A stretch of 64,000 nucleotides of DNA, from positions 5,763 through 69,762 of the forward strand of contig CASEVQ010000002.1 of NCBI GenBank assembly GCA_949291455.1, in the 5' to 3' direction. Source of the stretch: an uncultured bacterium (GTDB taxonomy: Bacteria > Bacillota_I > Bacilli_A > RF39 > UBA660). A program made the position numbers and the translations under genes. Below the pieces are notes generated by a model. The model was not told the DNA's origin. It saw only the letters and a program-made list of their open reading frames with translations, and made no database searches. Below are positions 50,112-60,536 of the stretch, in pieces; the first letter of the stretch is position 1; each line of letters opens with the position of its first letter.

Positions 50112-51347
50112 GTGAAATTAAAAATATTAAAAGGTACTAGTGAAATAGGTGGATGCATAACAGAAATAGTAAGTAATAAAGGAACAAGGATTATTATTGA
50201 TCTAGGCGAAGATTTACCAGATGATAATGTATCAAAATGTGAAAATCCAAATATTGATGGCTTAACTATAGGTGATAAAAAGTATGATGCAGTTTTTATT
50301 ACACATAGCCATGGTGATCATATTGGTCTAATAAATTATGTGTTAGATGGTATCGATGTTTATGTTGAACCTACTTCCAAAATAATATATAGTTTATTAT
50401 CTACTTTTACACATAAGAAAATAAAATTTAAAACTAAAGATATGTTTTTTAAAAAAAAGATAATAATTAATGATGATATAATTGTGACACCATATATTGT
50501 TGATCATTCATCATATAATTCATCAATGTTATTAATTGAGGCTGATGGCAAGAAGGTACTGCACACAGGAGATTTCAGAAATCATGGAGTTAAAGGTAAA
50601 TTGTTTGTACCAACACTAAAAGAAATTGGAAATGTTGATATAATTGTAACTGAAGGAACTTCTTTAAGTAGAGGTAATGTTAAATATAAAACAGAGGAAG
50701 ATATAGTTAAAGAAGCCAAAAGGGTATTTTATAACTATGACCAAGTTTTTATTTTACAATCATCAACAAATATTGATCGTATTAGAGGTTTTTATAAAGC
50801 AGCAACCGCAACTGACAAAAATTTTATAGAAGATCTTTTTACTTCAAATATAACAGTTTCTTTAAAAAATGATTCTATTCCTAATCCTAAAACATTTAAT
50901 GATGTTTATACATGGATACCAAGAAGATATCTAGACAAATCGTTTAGGTTTAAGAAAAAGTATTTGTTTCCTTTTTTGAAATATAGTAAGCAAAAATCTT
51001 ATGTTAATAATAAATATGCATTAATGGTAAAGACATCAATGATTGAAGACATAAAAAAACTATATAATAAAAATCATATTACTAATGCGTGTTTAGTATA
51101 TTCAATGTGGGAAGGATACAAAGAAAAAGTAGAAATGAAAACCTTTTTTGAAGAGGTGAAGAAATATGGAATTTCTGATATAATAAACATACATACTTCA
51201 GGTCACGCTGATAAAGAAACTCTTGGTTTATTAAGTTTTCTTAAAGCAAAAAAGATAATTCCTATTCATACGATTAAAAAAGAAGAATTATCCAATATTT
51301 TAGATAATGTTTATTTATTAGATGATAATGAAACATTAGATGTATAG
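50112..51347 (+). CDS. MBL-fold beta-CASP (RNase J-like) nuclease
   Basis: EIGG, THSHGDH, DHS, TGDFR, EGT, STNIDR, HTSGHA, PIH. Confidence 0.9.
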   Translation: MKLKILKGTSEIGGCITEIVSNKGTRIIIDLGEDLPDDNVSKCENPNIDGLTIGDKKYDAVFITHSHGDHIGLINYVLDGIDVYVEPTSKIIYSLLSTFTHKKIKFKTKDMFFKKKIIINDDIIVTPYIVDHSSYNSSMLLIEADGKKVLHTGDFRNHGVKGKLFVPTLKEIGNVDIIVTEGTSLSRGNVKYKTEEDIVKEAKRVFYNYDQVFILQSSTNIDRIRGFYKAATATDKNFIEDLFTSNITVSLKNDSIPNPKTFNDVYTWIPRRYLDKSFRFKKKYLFPFLKYSKQKSYVNNKYALMVKTSMIEDIKKLYNKNHITNACLVYSMWEGYKEKVEMKTFFEEVKKYGISDIINIHTSGHADKETLGLLSFLKAKKIIPIHTIKKEELSNILDNVYLLDDNETLDV

Positions 51348-51350
51348 AAG

Positions 51351-52790
51351 GTGATATTTATGGATAACATAAGTAATTTAAATATTAGTGGTATTGCTAA
51401 ACAAGTTATTAAAAGATATCTTGGTAAAAAAGATTATGTTATAAGAATTAGAGTAAATAAAAAACACAAAGTAGAAATTGTTGTATATTATGAAGGAAGA
51501 AAATCATTTGAAGTTAAAGACAATAAGTTATTGTTAGATGGTGCTTATTTCTTCACTAAAGGAAATAAAAAAATTGCACATTCTATGGAGATGGAAATTG
51601 CTTGTTTAACTAAATTAGGTTTTTCATTTAAAATTGGTGCCAAGATTGATTCTACTAATCAATATTATAAAGATGGATATAGATATCGTATTTTTGTAGA
51701 ACCTTCTAGTGCTAAAAAAGGATCTAAAGAATGTTATGACAATTATAAAGAAGAAATAAAAGAAAGAATGGAAGTTATTTTAGAAGCTTTAAAAAGATAT
51801 GATAATGATTTTATATATCATTATGATAATGAAACAAATATAAATAGTTTTTATACTAAAAAAGTTGATAATACTATTAATTATTTTAAATTAAATGAAT
51901 TATTAAAAATAGGTATAGATAACACTGTTAAACAAAAAGGCATTAAGAAAATCAAATTTAATGAAAAATTGGTTGGTTCCCAAACGACCTATACTGAAGA
52001 AGAATATAGAATAATAGATTCTATTATGGAAAATAGAATTAAGACATATAATTTTGGAGTTCTTTTAGAAGAAAATAAAGAAGAATATATCGATAACAAT
52101 GAAAAAATATATCAACAATTACTTATGAACAAGATGTTTGATAAAAACGAAAGAGAACAACTTTTCAAAGTGGATAATTGTCCTTTTAAAGATAGCAATG
52201 CATATGAAATGGAATATAACTTATATGCTGCAAATAGAACTAATCGTAAACAGAAAACAAAAAAAGGAAGAGTAGATAATATATTTATCAGTGGTAATAA
52301 GATTTTATTTACTGAATTAAAATATGACGAAAAAGTTATTGGCGGTACAAATGGAATTCATAAGCATTTAATTGATTTAATTAATGGATTTGAAAAAAAT
52401 GATGAAGCTTTATCTGAAATATATGACTATATATGTGATTACAATGATGTGTTAACTTATATTAATGATAAAGAAGAATATATTATTAAAAATGTGAAGA
52501 GATTTAATGACAAAGAAGTAGAAAGAGAATTTATAATTATATGTGGATATTCAAACAATAAAAGAGATATTGTTTATAATGAATTGGAAAGAGTTTATCC
52601 ACTAACAGGAAAAAATGCTGAAGTAGAAAAATCATATAATATATTTTTAGATAATAAAAAAATCAATTTAGAGAATATGACTACTGAAGAGTTGATTTAT
52701 TTACTTAAAAATAGATATCATTGTGAAACTAAGATTTTCTTAGTAAATAATAATTATACTAAATTTGAAATATATCAAAAAAAAGTATAG
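51351..52790 (+). CDS. putative PD-(D/E)xK nuclease
   Basis: YEMEY...GRVDNIFISGNKILFTELKY...GIHKHLID. Confidence 0.65.
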   Translation: MIFMDNISNLNISGIAKQVIKRYLGKKDYVIRIRVNKKHKVEIVVYYEGRKSFEVKDNKLLLDGAYFFTKGNKKIAHSMEMEIACLTKLGFSFKIGAKIDSTNQYYKDGYRYRIFVEPSSAKKGSKECYDNYKEEIKERMEVILEALKRYDNDFIYHYDNETNINSFYTKKVDNTINYFKLNELLKIGIDNTVKQKGIKKIKFNEKLVGSQTTYTEEEYRIIDSIMENRIKTYNFGVLLEENKEEYIDNNEKIYQQLLMNKMFDKNEREQLFKVDNCPFKDSNAYEMEYNLYAANRTNRKQKTKKGRVDNIFISGNKILFTELKYDEKVIGGTNGIHKHLIDLINGFEKNDEALSEIYDYICDYNDVLTYINDKEEYIIKNVKRFNDKEVEREFIIICGYSNNKRDIVYNELERVYPLTGKNAEVEKSYNIFLDNKKINLENMTTEELIYLLKNRYHCETKIFLVNNNYTKFEIYQKKV

Positions 52791-52879
52791 AGTATGTAAA
52801 TATGAAATCCTTTCATGATAACAAAATAATCTTTGATAGAAAGTGTATAAAATACAAATAAGTGATGATTATTTGAACT

Positions 52880-52909
52880 GTCAATGCGTTAAGCATTGAC
52901 TATTTTTTT
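52880..52909 (+). terminator. intrinsic terminator
   Basis: GTCAATGC-GTTAA-GCATTGAC plus T-run. Confidence 0.75.
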
Positions 52910-53330
52910 AATTACTTTAATAAAATATTACTTTTTTTAATAAAGATGTTATGATAATTATTACCAAGACTATTTTTAATAAAAGGTAAAAAAATTAGTA
53001 ATGTTTTAATTTGAAGTTTTCATATAAGAATAAATATTTGATTTATAATTATTCAATTAATTTTTCAGCAAACTATAATTTTTATGATTTAAAGTATATA
53101 ATAAGTCTTGATAAATTATATAAAATTCTTATAATTCATTATCTAAATTAATTGATAAATAAACAATGTTTCTTCCTATAATTATCTGTTTTATTTAAAT
53201 TTCCTATAATGACATTTTCAATAAACGTTTCGAATCAATAGTAATGTTGCATTTTAAGTTTAAATTAGAATTTATAATATCTTTACTTAATTTAATCATA
53301 ATGATAAAATTACTATGGTGATGATTAGTT

Positions 53331-53909
53331 ATGAAAAAATATTGGAAAATAATAATTATTATAGTTGGTATAATTGCTGTTTTTGCTTTGTTTTTATTAA
53401 TTTATTTTAAAGTTACTTTTATTGGAAAAGATGCTGTAAAAAAAATAGTTATTGATAATATGAATGTTTCAAGCAGTGATGTTTTTTTTGAAAGCATCGA
53501 ATTAGAACTTGATAAGAATTATTACGAAGTCGAAGTTTACTATAAAAATAAAGATTATGAATATAAAATAGATGCTAAAGAAGGTAAAATAATCTATACT
53601 GATTTTCAAAGTTACAACAGTGATAACAATACTAATAATAATGGAAATGGTAATGATAATTCAAATAGTAATGGAAATAATAATACTAATAACACAAAAA
53701 TTAGCTTACAAGAAGCTAGAAATATTGCTTTAGCTCATGCTAATTTAGATATTAGTGTTGTTAACATAGTAAAATGTGAAAGTGAATATGATAATGGTAT
53801 TTTAATTTATGAAGTAGAATTTACTTATAACAATTATGAATATGATTATAAAATAGATGCTAGGACAGGAGAAATTGTTAGCTTTGATAAAGATAATATT
53901 TATAATTAA
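53331..53909 (+). CDS. PepSY domain protein
   Basis: N-terminal TM; two YEVE...EY.YKIDA..G.I repeats joined by an Asn-rich linker. Confidence 0.9.
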   Translation: MKKYWKIIIIIVGIIAVFALFLLIYFKVTFIGKDAVKKIVIDNMNVSSSDVFFESIELELDKNYYEVEVYYKNKDYEYKIDAKEGKIIYTDFQSYNSDNNTNNNGNGNDNSNSNGNNNTNNTKISLQEARNIALAHANLDISVVNIVKCESEYDNGILIYEVEFTYNNYEYDYKIDARTGEIVSFDKDNIYN

Positions 53910-54023
53910 TTTTAGAAAACCATCTATGTAAATGTACTGCAGAAGATTTGAAAAAAGGAATTTTAGAAGTTATTTACAAATGATTAATCTTTTAAAAGAT
54001 TTAATAATTGAAGGAGAAAATTT

Positions 54024-54914
54024 ATGAAATCATATAAAAAAATATTAATAGCTTTTATTTTAAATATTTCGTTTTCAATTTTTGAATTTATTGGTGGATT
54101 GTTTACAAATAGTATATCAATTATGTCAGATGCAGTACATGATTTTGGCGATGCATTAAGTATTGGCACATCACTAGTATTAGAAAAGATAAGTAAAAGA
54201 AAACCTGATTCATCATATACCTATGGTTATGCAAGATATTCTATACTAGGAGCATTGATTACAACTATCGTTTTAACAATCGGTTCAATTTTTGTTATAA
54301 CAAATGGAATAAGTAGAATATTAAATCCAGAGGTTATAGATTATAATGGAATGATATTGTTTGCTATATTTGGTGTATTAATTAATTTTACAGCAGCTTA
54401 TTTTACAAGAGATGGAGAATCAATTAACCAAAAAGCTGTCAATTTACATATGTTAGAAGACGTTTTAGGTTGGGTAATAGTTTTAATTGGTTCTATATTA
54501 ATAAAATATACAAACATTTCAATATTAGATTCAATTATGTCTATTTGTATCGCAATATTTATATTAATAAATGCATTTAAAAATATGAAAGAAATATTGG
54601 ATTTGTTTTTAGAAAAAACTCCAAAAAATATATCTATTGAAAAAATTAAGTATCATATAATGAAAATAAAAGGAATTGCTGATGTTCATCATATTCATGT
54701 CTGGAGTATGGATGGAATAGCTAATTATTCTACTATGCATATAGTTACAAAAGAAAAAAACATTAAAGAAATAAAAAATAAAGTTAAAGAAGAAATGAAA
54801 AAACATAATATTATCCATACAACTATTGAAGTTGAAGAAACCAATGATGACTGTAATGAAAAAGATTGTATTGTAAAAATAGATAATGAGCATTCGACTC
54901 ACCATCATCATTAA
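54024..54914 (+). CDS. cation diffusion facilitator (CzcD/ZitB-like)
   Basis: SDAVHDFGD, YTYGYAR, LHMLED, VHHIHVWS, His-rich tail. Confidence 0.93.
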   Translation: MKSYKKILIAFILNISFSIFEFIGGLFTNSISIMSDAVHDFGDALSIGTSLVLEKISKRKPDSSYTYGYARYSILGALITTIVLTIGSIFVITNGISRILNPEVIDYNGMILFAIFGVLINFTAAYFTRDGESINQKAVNLHMLEDVLGWVIVLIGSILIKYTNISILDSIMSICIAIFILINAFKNMKEILDLFLEKTPKNISIEKIKYHIMKIKGIADVHHIHVWSMDGIANYSTMHIVTKEKNIKEIKNKVKEEMKKHNIIHTTIEVEETNDDCNEKDCIVKIDNEHSTHHHH

Positions 54915-55117
54915 TAAAAAAATATTTAATATCTAAAATAAAAAAGATTAGAAAATTAAAAAAAATATTGTTATAATTTTTAGACTATTGACAAATAAAT
55001 GTTAATTGTTTTTTTATTTATAAATAAAAAATTAAATATAAATAACAATACTATAATACTATTAAATAATAAAAATAAACGATAAAATATGCTATAATTT
55101 CATTAAGAGGTGATTAG

Positions 55118-56821
55118 TTGATGGGGACTATTAGAGAATTTATGGATCAAGCTGAAGGAGGAAAATTAATATTACCATCTATACAAAGAGAATATGTATG
55201 GAACGAAGAACAAATCTGTAGACTATTTGATTCAATAATGAGTGAATATCCAATTGGTCATATGATGTTGTGGAAATTAGATGGAAGTAAAATAAATGAA
55301 AAAGGGATAACATTTTATAAATTATTAAATAATTATAATGAAATGATTCCAGAAAACAATGAGAAACTTGAAAACCCATCACCTGATAAAACTTATTTTG
55401 CTATATTAGATGGACAACAAAGAACACAATCATTATATATTGGTTTAAAAGGTTATTTAAAATTAAAAATATATAGAGCACGAAAAAATAATGTAGAATC
55501 CTATAAAAATAAATATTTATATATTAACTTAATAGGAGAAGAAAGTGAACTTGATGAATATAAATATGAATTTAAATTTTTTGCCGATGAAGAATTAAAA
55601 AACAAAGAAAATGAAAATAAATTTTTCTTTAGAGTAGGCAAAATATTGCAATATGATAGATTACCTAATATAAATGATATCGAAAATATTAAAAATATAC
55701 AACTTAATGATGAACAAAAAAGAATAGCTCAAGATATTTTATTTAATTTATATCAAAAAATAAATGTTAATGACAGTATACTTCATTGGGATATTATTTC
55801 AAGTGATAAGTCATTGGATAATGTATTAAATATTTTTATAAGAACTAATAGTGGCGGAACTGTATTAAGTAAAACAGATTTATTATTTTCTACTGTTGTA
55901 GCTAATTGGGAAGATGCAAGAAAAAATATTGAAGAGTTACTTGACAGAATTAATAATAAAGGTGGGCAAGGAGTAAGATTTAATTTTACAAAAGATTTTA
56001 TTATGAGAACTCTTATGTATCTATTGGATGAACCTGTAACATTAAAACTTAATGACATAAAAGATAATATACAAAGCATGAGAGAAAACTGGGAATTATT
56101 AAGTAGTGCTATTTCAAAAGCTCCATCAGTATTAAAATATGCTGGATATAATGGAGAAAATTTAATTTCATATAATGCAGTTATGCCTATAATATATTAT
56201 ATATATAAAGGAGGATTTTTAAAGAAAACTGACACAATAGATTATAATCCTATGGAAGAACTAAAAAAATATTTAGTAATTGCTCAAATGAAAAAATTAT
56301 TTGGAGTTGCAAGCAATAATACTTTAACTAATGTTAGAAATGCCCTTATTGACAAAAATAAAAAATTGCGTAATAAATATTTTAAACTCAATGATTTAAA
56401 TAATGTTAATATTGTAGGAAACAGAGATTTCAGTGTAAACGATGAAATAATTGAATCGTGGTTTGAAGAAAATAAAAATGACTATACTTTTATGATTTTA
56501 ACATTGCTATATCCATGTGCTGATATTGAAAAAGTTAAATATCATCAGGATCACATGCATCCAGAGTCTAAATTAAAAAACAATCCAAAATTTTACAATC
56601 TAAGAAATCGTTTAGCAAATCTTCAATTGCTTCCCGGAGATGAAAATGAAAGTAAAAACGACACAGACTTGGAAGAATGGTTAAACTTAGACAATGATAG
56701 ATTAAAAAATACAAGGTATCTACCAGAGTGTTCTAAAAAAATTGAAGATTATGAAATTTTTTTGGAAGAACGAAAAAAGTTAATGAAAGAAGAATTATTA
56801 AAAATTTTAAAAATTAATTAA
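55118..56821 (+). CDS. GmrSD-like DUF262 + HNH (DUF1524) protein
   Basis: LPSIQREYVW, LFDSI..YPIG, ILDGQQR, FIRTNSGG; C-terminal DHMHP...NLQLL...N.SK. Confidence 0.88.
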   Translation: MMGTIREFMDQAEGGKLILPSIQREYVWNEEQICRLFDSIMSEYPIGHMMLWKLDGSKINEKGITFYKLLNNYNEMIPENNEKLENPSPDKTYFAILDGQQRTQSLYIGLKGYLKLKIYRARKNNVESYKNKYLYINLIGEESELDEYKYEFKFFADEELKNKENENKFFFRVGKILQYDRLPNINDIENIKNIQLNDEQKRIAQDILFNLYQKINVNDSILHWDIISSDKSLDNVLNIFIRTNSGGTVLSKTDLLFSTVVANWEDARKNIEELLDRINNKGGQGVRFNFTKDFIMRTLMYLLDEPVTLKLNDIKDNIQSMRENWELLSSAISKAPSVLKYAGYNGENLISYNAVMPIIYYIYKGGFLKKTDTIDYNPMEELKKYLVIAQMKKLFGVASNNTLTNVRNALIDKNKKLRNKYFKLNDLNNVNIVGNRDFSVNDEIIESWFEENKNDYTFMILTLLYPCADIEKVKYHQDHMHPESKLKNNPKFYNLRNRLANLQLLPGDENESKNDTDLEEWLNLDNDRLKNTRYLPECSKKIEDYEIFLEERKKLMKEELLKILKIN

Positions 56822-56920
56822 ATTTAAAAAAAATATTATTTTAAATTTGAAAAGAATTAAAAGTTTATAACAATAAAAATGATATAATTTTTTTGTTTAT
56901 AAAAAGAAAGTGGGATATAA

Positions 56921-57835
56921 ATGAATCGTTTTAGAGAAGTAAAAATAGCAAGTATCGTTGGAATAATAGGAAATTTATTTTTACTTATAATTAAATCAAT
57001 TATTGGTATTATATCTAATAGTCAAGCAATGATAGCAGATGCTTTTAATAGTGCAGGAGATATATTTTCATCATTTATGACTTTTATTGGAAATAAAATA
57101 GCTAGTACACCATCTGATGATGATCATAATTTAGGTCATGGTAAAGCAGAATATATATATTCTTTATTAATTAGCATTGTAATGATTTTAATGACAATTA
57201 CAATCTTTAAAAATTCTTTTTCATCAATATTAAATGGTAGTAAGTATACATTTTCAATTTGGTTAATTATTGTTTGTTTAACAACAATGATTGTTAAAGC
57301 TTCTCTTTATTTATATACTAATTCAATATCTAAAAAGTATAATAATTTATTAATAAAAGCTAACTCAAAAGATCATCGAAATGACTTCTTTATTACTACT
57401 TTAAATTTAATTTCAGTTATTTTTGCTGAAAATAACTTTTATTTGCTGGATGGAATAGTAGGAATTGGTATAGCCATTTGGATATTTATAACAGCTGTTA
57501 ATATCTTTAAAGAAAGTTACGATGTATTGATGGACAAATCAATTGATAGTGTTACAAAACAAAAAGTATTTGAAATAATAAAAAGACATAAAGAAGTGAA
57601 GAAAATTATTCATTTTAATTCCACACCAGTTGGGTATCGCTATCAAATATCTTTTACTATTTATGTTAACGGTAATCTATCAACTTTTAAAAGTCATGAT
57701 ATTGCTAATAAATTGGAAAAAGAAATAATAAGAGAACTGGACGAAATATATTTAGCAGTAATTCATGTAAATCCAATGAAGATAACTGTAAAAAAATGTA
57801 ATAATAAAAGAAAAAAGTTGATTGATTCAAAATAA
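56921..57835 (+). CDS. cation diffusion facilitator (FieF-like)
   Basis: SQAMIADAFNS.GD, HNLGHGKAE, DHRND, SHDI, IHVNP. Confidence 0.92.
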   Translation: MNRFREVKIASIVGIIGNLFLLIIKSIIGIISNSQAMIADAFNSAGDIFSSFMTFIGNKIASTPSDDDHNLGHGKAEYIYSLLISIVMILMTITIFKNSFSSILNGSKYTFSIWLIIVCLTTMIVKASLYLYTNSISKKYNNLLIKANSKDHRNDFFITTLNLISVIFAENNFYLLDGIVGIGIAIWIFITAVNIFKESYDVLMDKSIDSVTKQKVFEIIKRHKEVKKIIHFNSTPVGYRYQISFTIYVNGNLSTFKSHDIANKLEKEIIRELDEIYLAVIHVNPMKITVKKCNNKRKKLIDSK

Positions 57836-57862
57836 CTATATAAAATAAAAATAGGAGGAGAT

Positions 57863-58651
57863 ATGAAAAAATTAGATAATAAAGTAGCAATAATAACTGG
57901 TGGTGCAATGGGAAATGGTCTAGGAATAGCAAAAGTATTTTTAAATTATGGAGCAAAAGTAATTATTCTAGATTATGATAGTTCATTAGAAAGTACAGTA
58001 CAAACATTAAAAAATGATAATAACATAGTTGAAGGATATTCTGTCGACATTCGTGATAATAATAAAGTTAGTGAAATTATCGATGAGATAGGGAAAAAAT
58101 ATAATGGAATAGACATTTTAGTAAATAATGCAGGAGTATGTCGATTAGAAAAATTTGAAAAAATGAATGATGAATTGCGTGATTTACATTTTGATATTAA
58201 CATAAAAGGAACATGGAATGTTACAAAATCTGCCATTAAATATATGAAAAAAAGAAATGCCTCAATTATTAATTTATCTAGTGTAACTGGACCAATGGTT
58301 GCTGATAGTGGAGAAGTAGCTTATGCAACTACAAAATCAGCAATTTTAGGATTTACTAAAGCTCTAGCAAGAGAAGTAATAGACGATGACATTAGGGTTA
58401 ATGCTATTATGCCTGGATATATAAGAACACCAATGGTTGATAAAATGGCTATCGAAAGCAGTCCTAGTGATCCTGAAAGCGTCATAGATGGAATAGCATC
58501 AGCAATTCCTATGAAAAGATTAGGTACAATTGAAGAGTTAGGAGAATTAGCAGCTTTTCTAGCTTCTAATGAATCATCATATATAACAGCGCAGGGAATT
58601 GTAATAGATGGTGCAAGTACATTACCAGAAACTTTAACAATGGGAGTATAA
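57863..58651 (+). CDS. SDR-family oxidoreductase (UcpA-like)
   Basis: TGGAMGNGLG, NNAG, SS, YATTK, PG; VADSGEVAY and IDGASTLPET resemble UcpA. Confidence 0.92.
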   Translation: MKKLDNKVAIITGGAMGNGLGIAKVFLNYGAKVIILDYDSSLESTVQTLKNDNNIVEGYSVDIRDNNKVSEIIDEIGKKYNGIDILVNNAGVCRLEKFEKMNDELRDLHFDINIKGTWNVTKSAIKYMKKRNASIINLSSVTGPMVADSGEVAYATTKSAILGFTKALAREVIDDDIRVNAIMPGYIRTPMVDKMAIESSPSDPESVIDGIASAIPMKRLGTIEELGELAAFLASNESSYITAQGIVIDGASTLPETLTMGV

Positions 58652-58722
58652 AAGTATACTTCTATTTTTTATTGACAATTTTTAATTTTTATATAGAATA
58701 ATACATACATTGAGGTATTCTT

Positions 58723-59907
58723 ATGGGAAAAAAATATAATAGCAAAACCATTTTCGACTATACTGTTGGTAATGATTTAGATGGACATAGTATAGATGAA
58801 CTAGAAAATAATCCAAATTTTATGATGGATGTTATAAAAATAACACACGATAAAAAAATGTACAATTTGTGTTCAGACGATGTAAAGAAAAACTGCGATT
58901 TTGTTGAATTTTTAATTGAATTTTTTAAAGATGATTTAGATTTTATTATAAATATTGCCGATAACTATATTCAAAATCCTGATGTTGATGTTATCGATAA
59001 AGAGGAAATAAAAATCTTTATTGGAAATTTTTATGATAATGATAAGTATTCTGCTTTAGAAAAATATAAGGTATCAAGTTATGGCTTTTATAACTCTGTC
59101 GTTACAGATTACACAGCTATTTTATATGAGATGCCAGATAGTGAAAGAGAAAGTTGTAGTCTATTTAGAATTATAGAGTTAACTTTTTTTGATAGAAAAG
59201 TGATTAAAGATTATTTTGCCAAAAATATGGTTTATGAATATTTATGCGAAAATTTAGAATGTAGTTTTGCAGATTTAATACATTATTATTTTAATGATAT
59301 AAGCACTTTAGAATCGTATGGCGAAACAAATTTTTTATTATTTTATTTGTCTAGTAATGATAGATTTTTAAGAGATTATCTATCTGTTCATCCTAATTTA
59401 TTAGAGAGCTATTGCAAAGATATCGAAAAGGTAAAAAAAGATTGGAATAATTATAATAATCGTTTAAATTTTGACAGAGTTCAACAAGTTATTGATTATA
59501 TATTTGAATGTTTAAGTAGTGAATATTTTCCTTTCAATACTAATCTTTTTGAAATTCTAATAGATGCAATAAATCCTTTAGGATTAAAAGATATTTTCGA
59601 TAAAAATATTTCTTTAGAAGATAAACAAATAATGGAAGATGACAACGAGGATTTATTTTTAGGATGTTCTGATGAAAACTTTGAATGTAATGATTATCTA
59701 GATGAAGAAGAAAAGAAATCTTTTGAATATTTATCTTTTATTATTAAAATAAGAAACTTTGCAAAAAAAACATTTTCAAAACGTCAATTAGTTAATTCAA
59801 ATAATGAGGAAGAACCTAATATTCCTGATAAAGTTGATAAAGGCAGAAGAAAAGTAATTCAGTATGATTTTACAAATAGATGTCCAATTAATAATAATGA
59901 TGATTAA
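58723..59907 (+). CDS. acidic hypothetical protein
   Basis: 394-aa ORF with its own TTGACA/TAGAAT promoter and RBS GAGGT. Confidence 0.75.
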   Translation: MGKKYNSKTIFDYTVGNDLDGHSIDELENNPNFMMDVIKITHDKKMYNLCSDDVKKNCDFVEFLIEFFKDDLDFIINIADNYIQNPDVDVIDKEEIKIFIGNFYDNDKYSALEKYKVSSYGFYNSVVTDYTAILYEMPDSERESCSLFRIIELTFFDRKVIKDYFAKNMVYEYLCENLECSFADLIHYYFNDISTLESYGETNFLLFYLSSNDRFLRDYLSVHPNLLESYCKDIEKVKKDWNNYNNRLNFDRVQQVIDYIFECLSSEYFPFNTNLFEILIDAINPLGLKDIFDKNISLEDKQIMEDDNEDLFLGCSDENFECNDYLDEEEKKSFEYLSFIIKIRNFAKKTFSKRQLVNSNNEEEPNIPDKVDKGRRKVIQYDFTNRCPINNNDD

Positions 59908-60111
59908 CAAAATATGCTTGTAAAAATATTTTATCAGTTTAATATTGATTAATCTTTTATTTAGAAACTTACAATTTAATATTTATAATTTTATTTGCAT
60001 TTAAGTAAAAACAGCTTAATAAAAGAAAAATAAACTCGTATGTGTTTTAGGCAATTAAAATATCTCTATTTTCAAAGCTTTCATATTATAGACTAGATAG
60101 GAGGAATATAG

Positions 60112-60447
60112 ATGTTTAATACTTTGGGGTGCCAAAGACAAAATACTTTCAATCAAAATTTTTCTGGTGATAATGAAATTAACATGGATATTGATGTAAA
60201 TATGAGCAATAACCAACAAATGGGCATGCAATCAATGATGGGAGGAACACAACAGCCTATTATTGAACCCATGCAAGAAAGAGTTATCAACAGAACAATC
60301 ATGCATGAAGTACCACATGTTTGCCCAATAAGAACTAAAATAATTAACAATCATGTATTTAGACATACATATAGACCAAGTTATTCATGTTGTGAAGAAA
60401 ATACATGTACTAATGTACAATGTGGTTCATGTTGTCAATTTAGATAA
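60112..60447 (+). CDS. CotD-like spore coat protein
   Basis: PIIEP....VINRTIMHEVPHVCPIRTKIINNHVFRHTYRP resembles CotD; Cys-rich tail; RBS AGGAGG. Confidence 0.7.
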   Translation: MFNTLGCQRQNTFNQNFSGDNEINMDIDVNMSNNQQMGMQSMMGGTQQPIIEPMQERVINRTIMHEVPHVCPIRTKIINNHVFRHTYRPSYSCCEENTCTNVQCGSCCQFR

Positions 60448-60467
60448 GTCTCGAAAGAGACTTTTTT
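60446..60467 (+). terminator. intrinsic terminator
   Basis: AAGTCTC-GAAA-GAGACTT plus T-run. Confidence 0.8.
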
Positions 60468-60536
60468 AATTTGATTAATAAAATGTTACAATATAATCAA
60501 TATATGATAAAATAATCTAAGAAGTTGGTGATATAA

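Noticed and set aside
53615-53695. AAT-rich tandem repeat
   Set aside because: Encodes the ordinary Asn-rich linker between PepSY domains.
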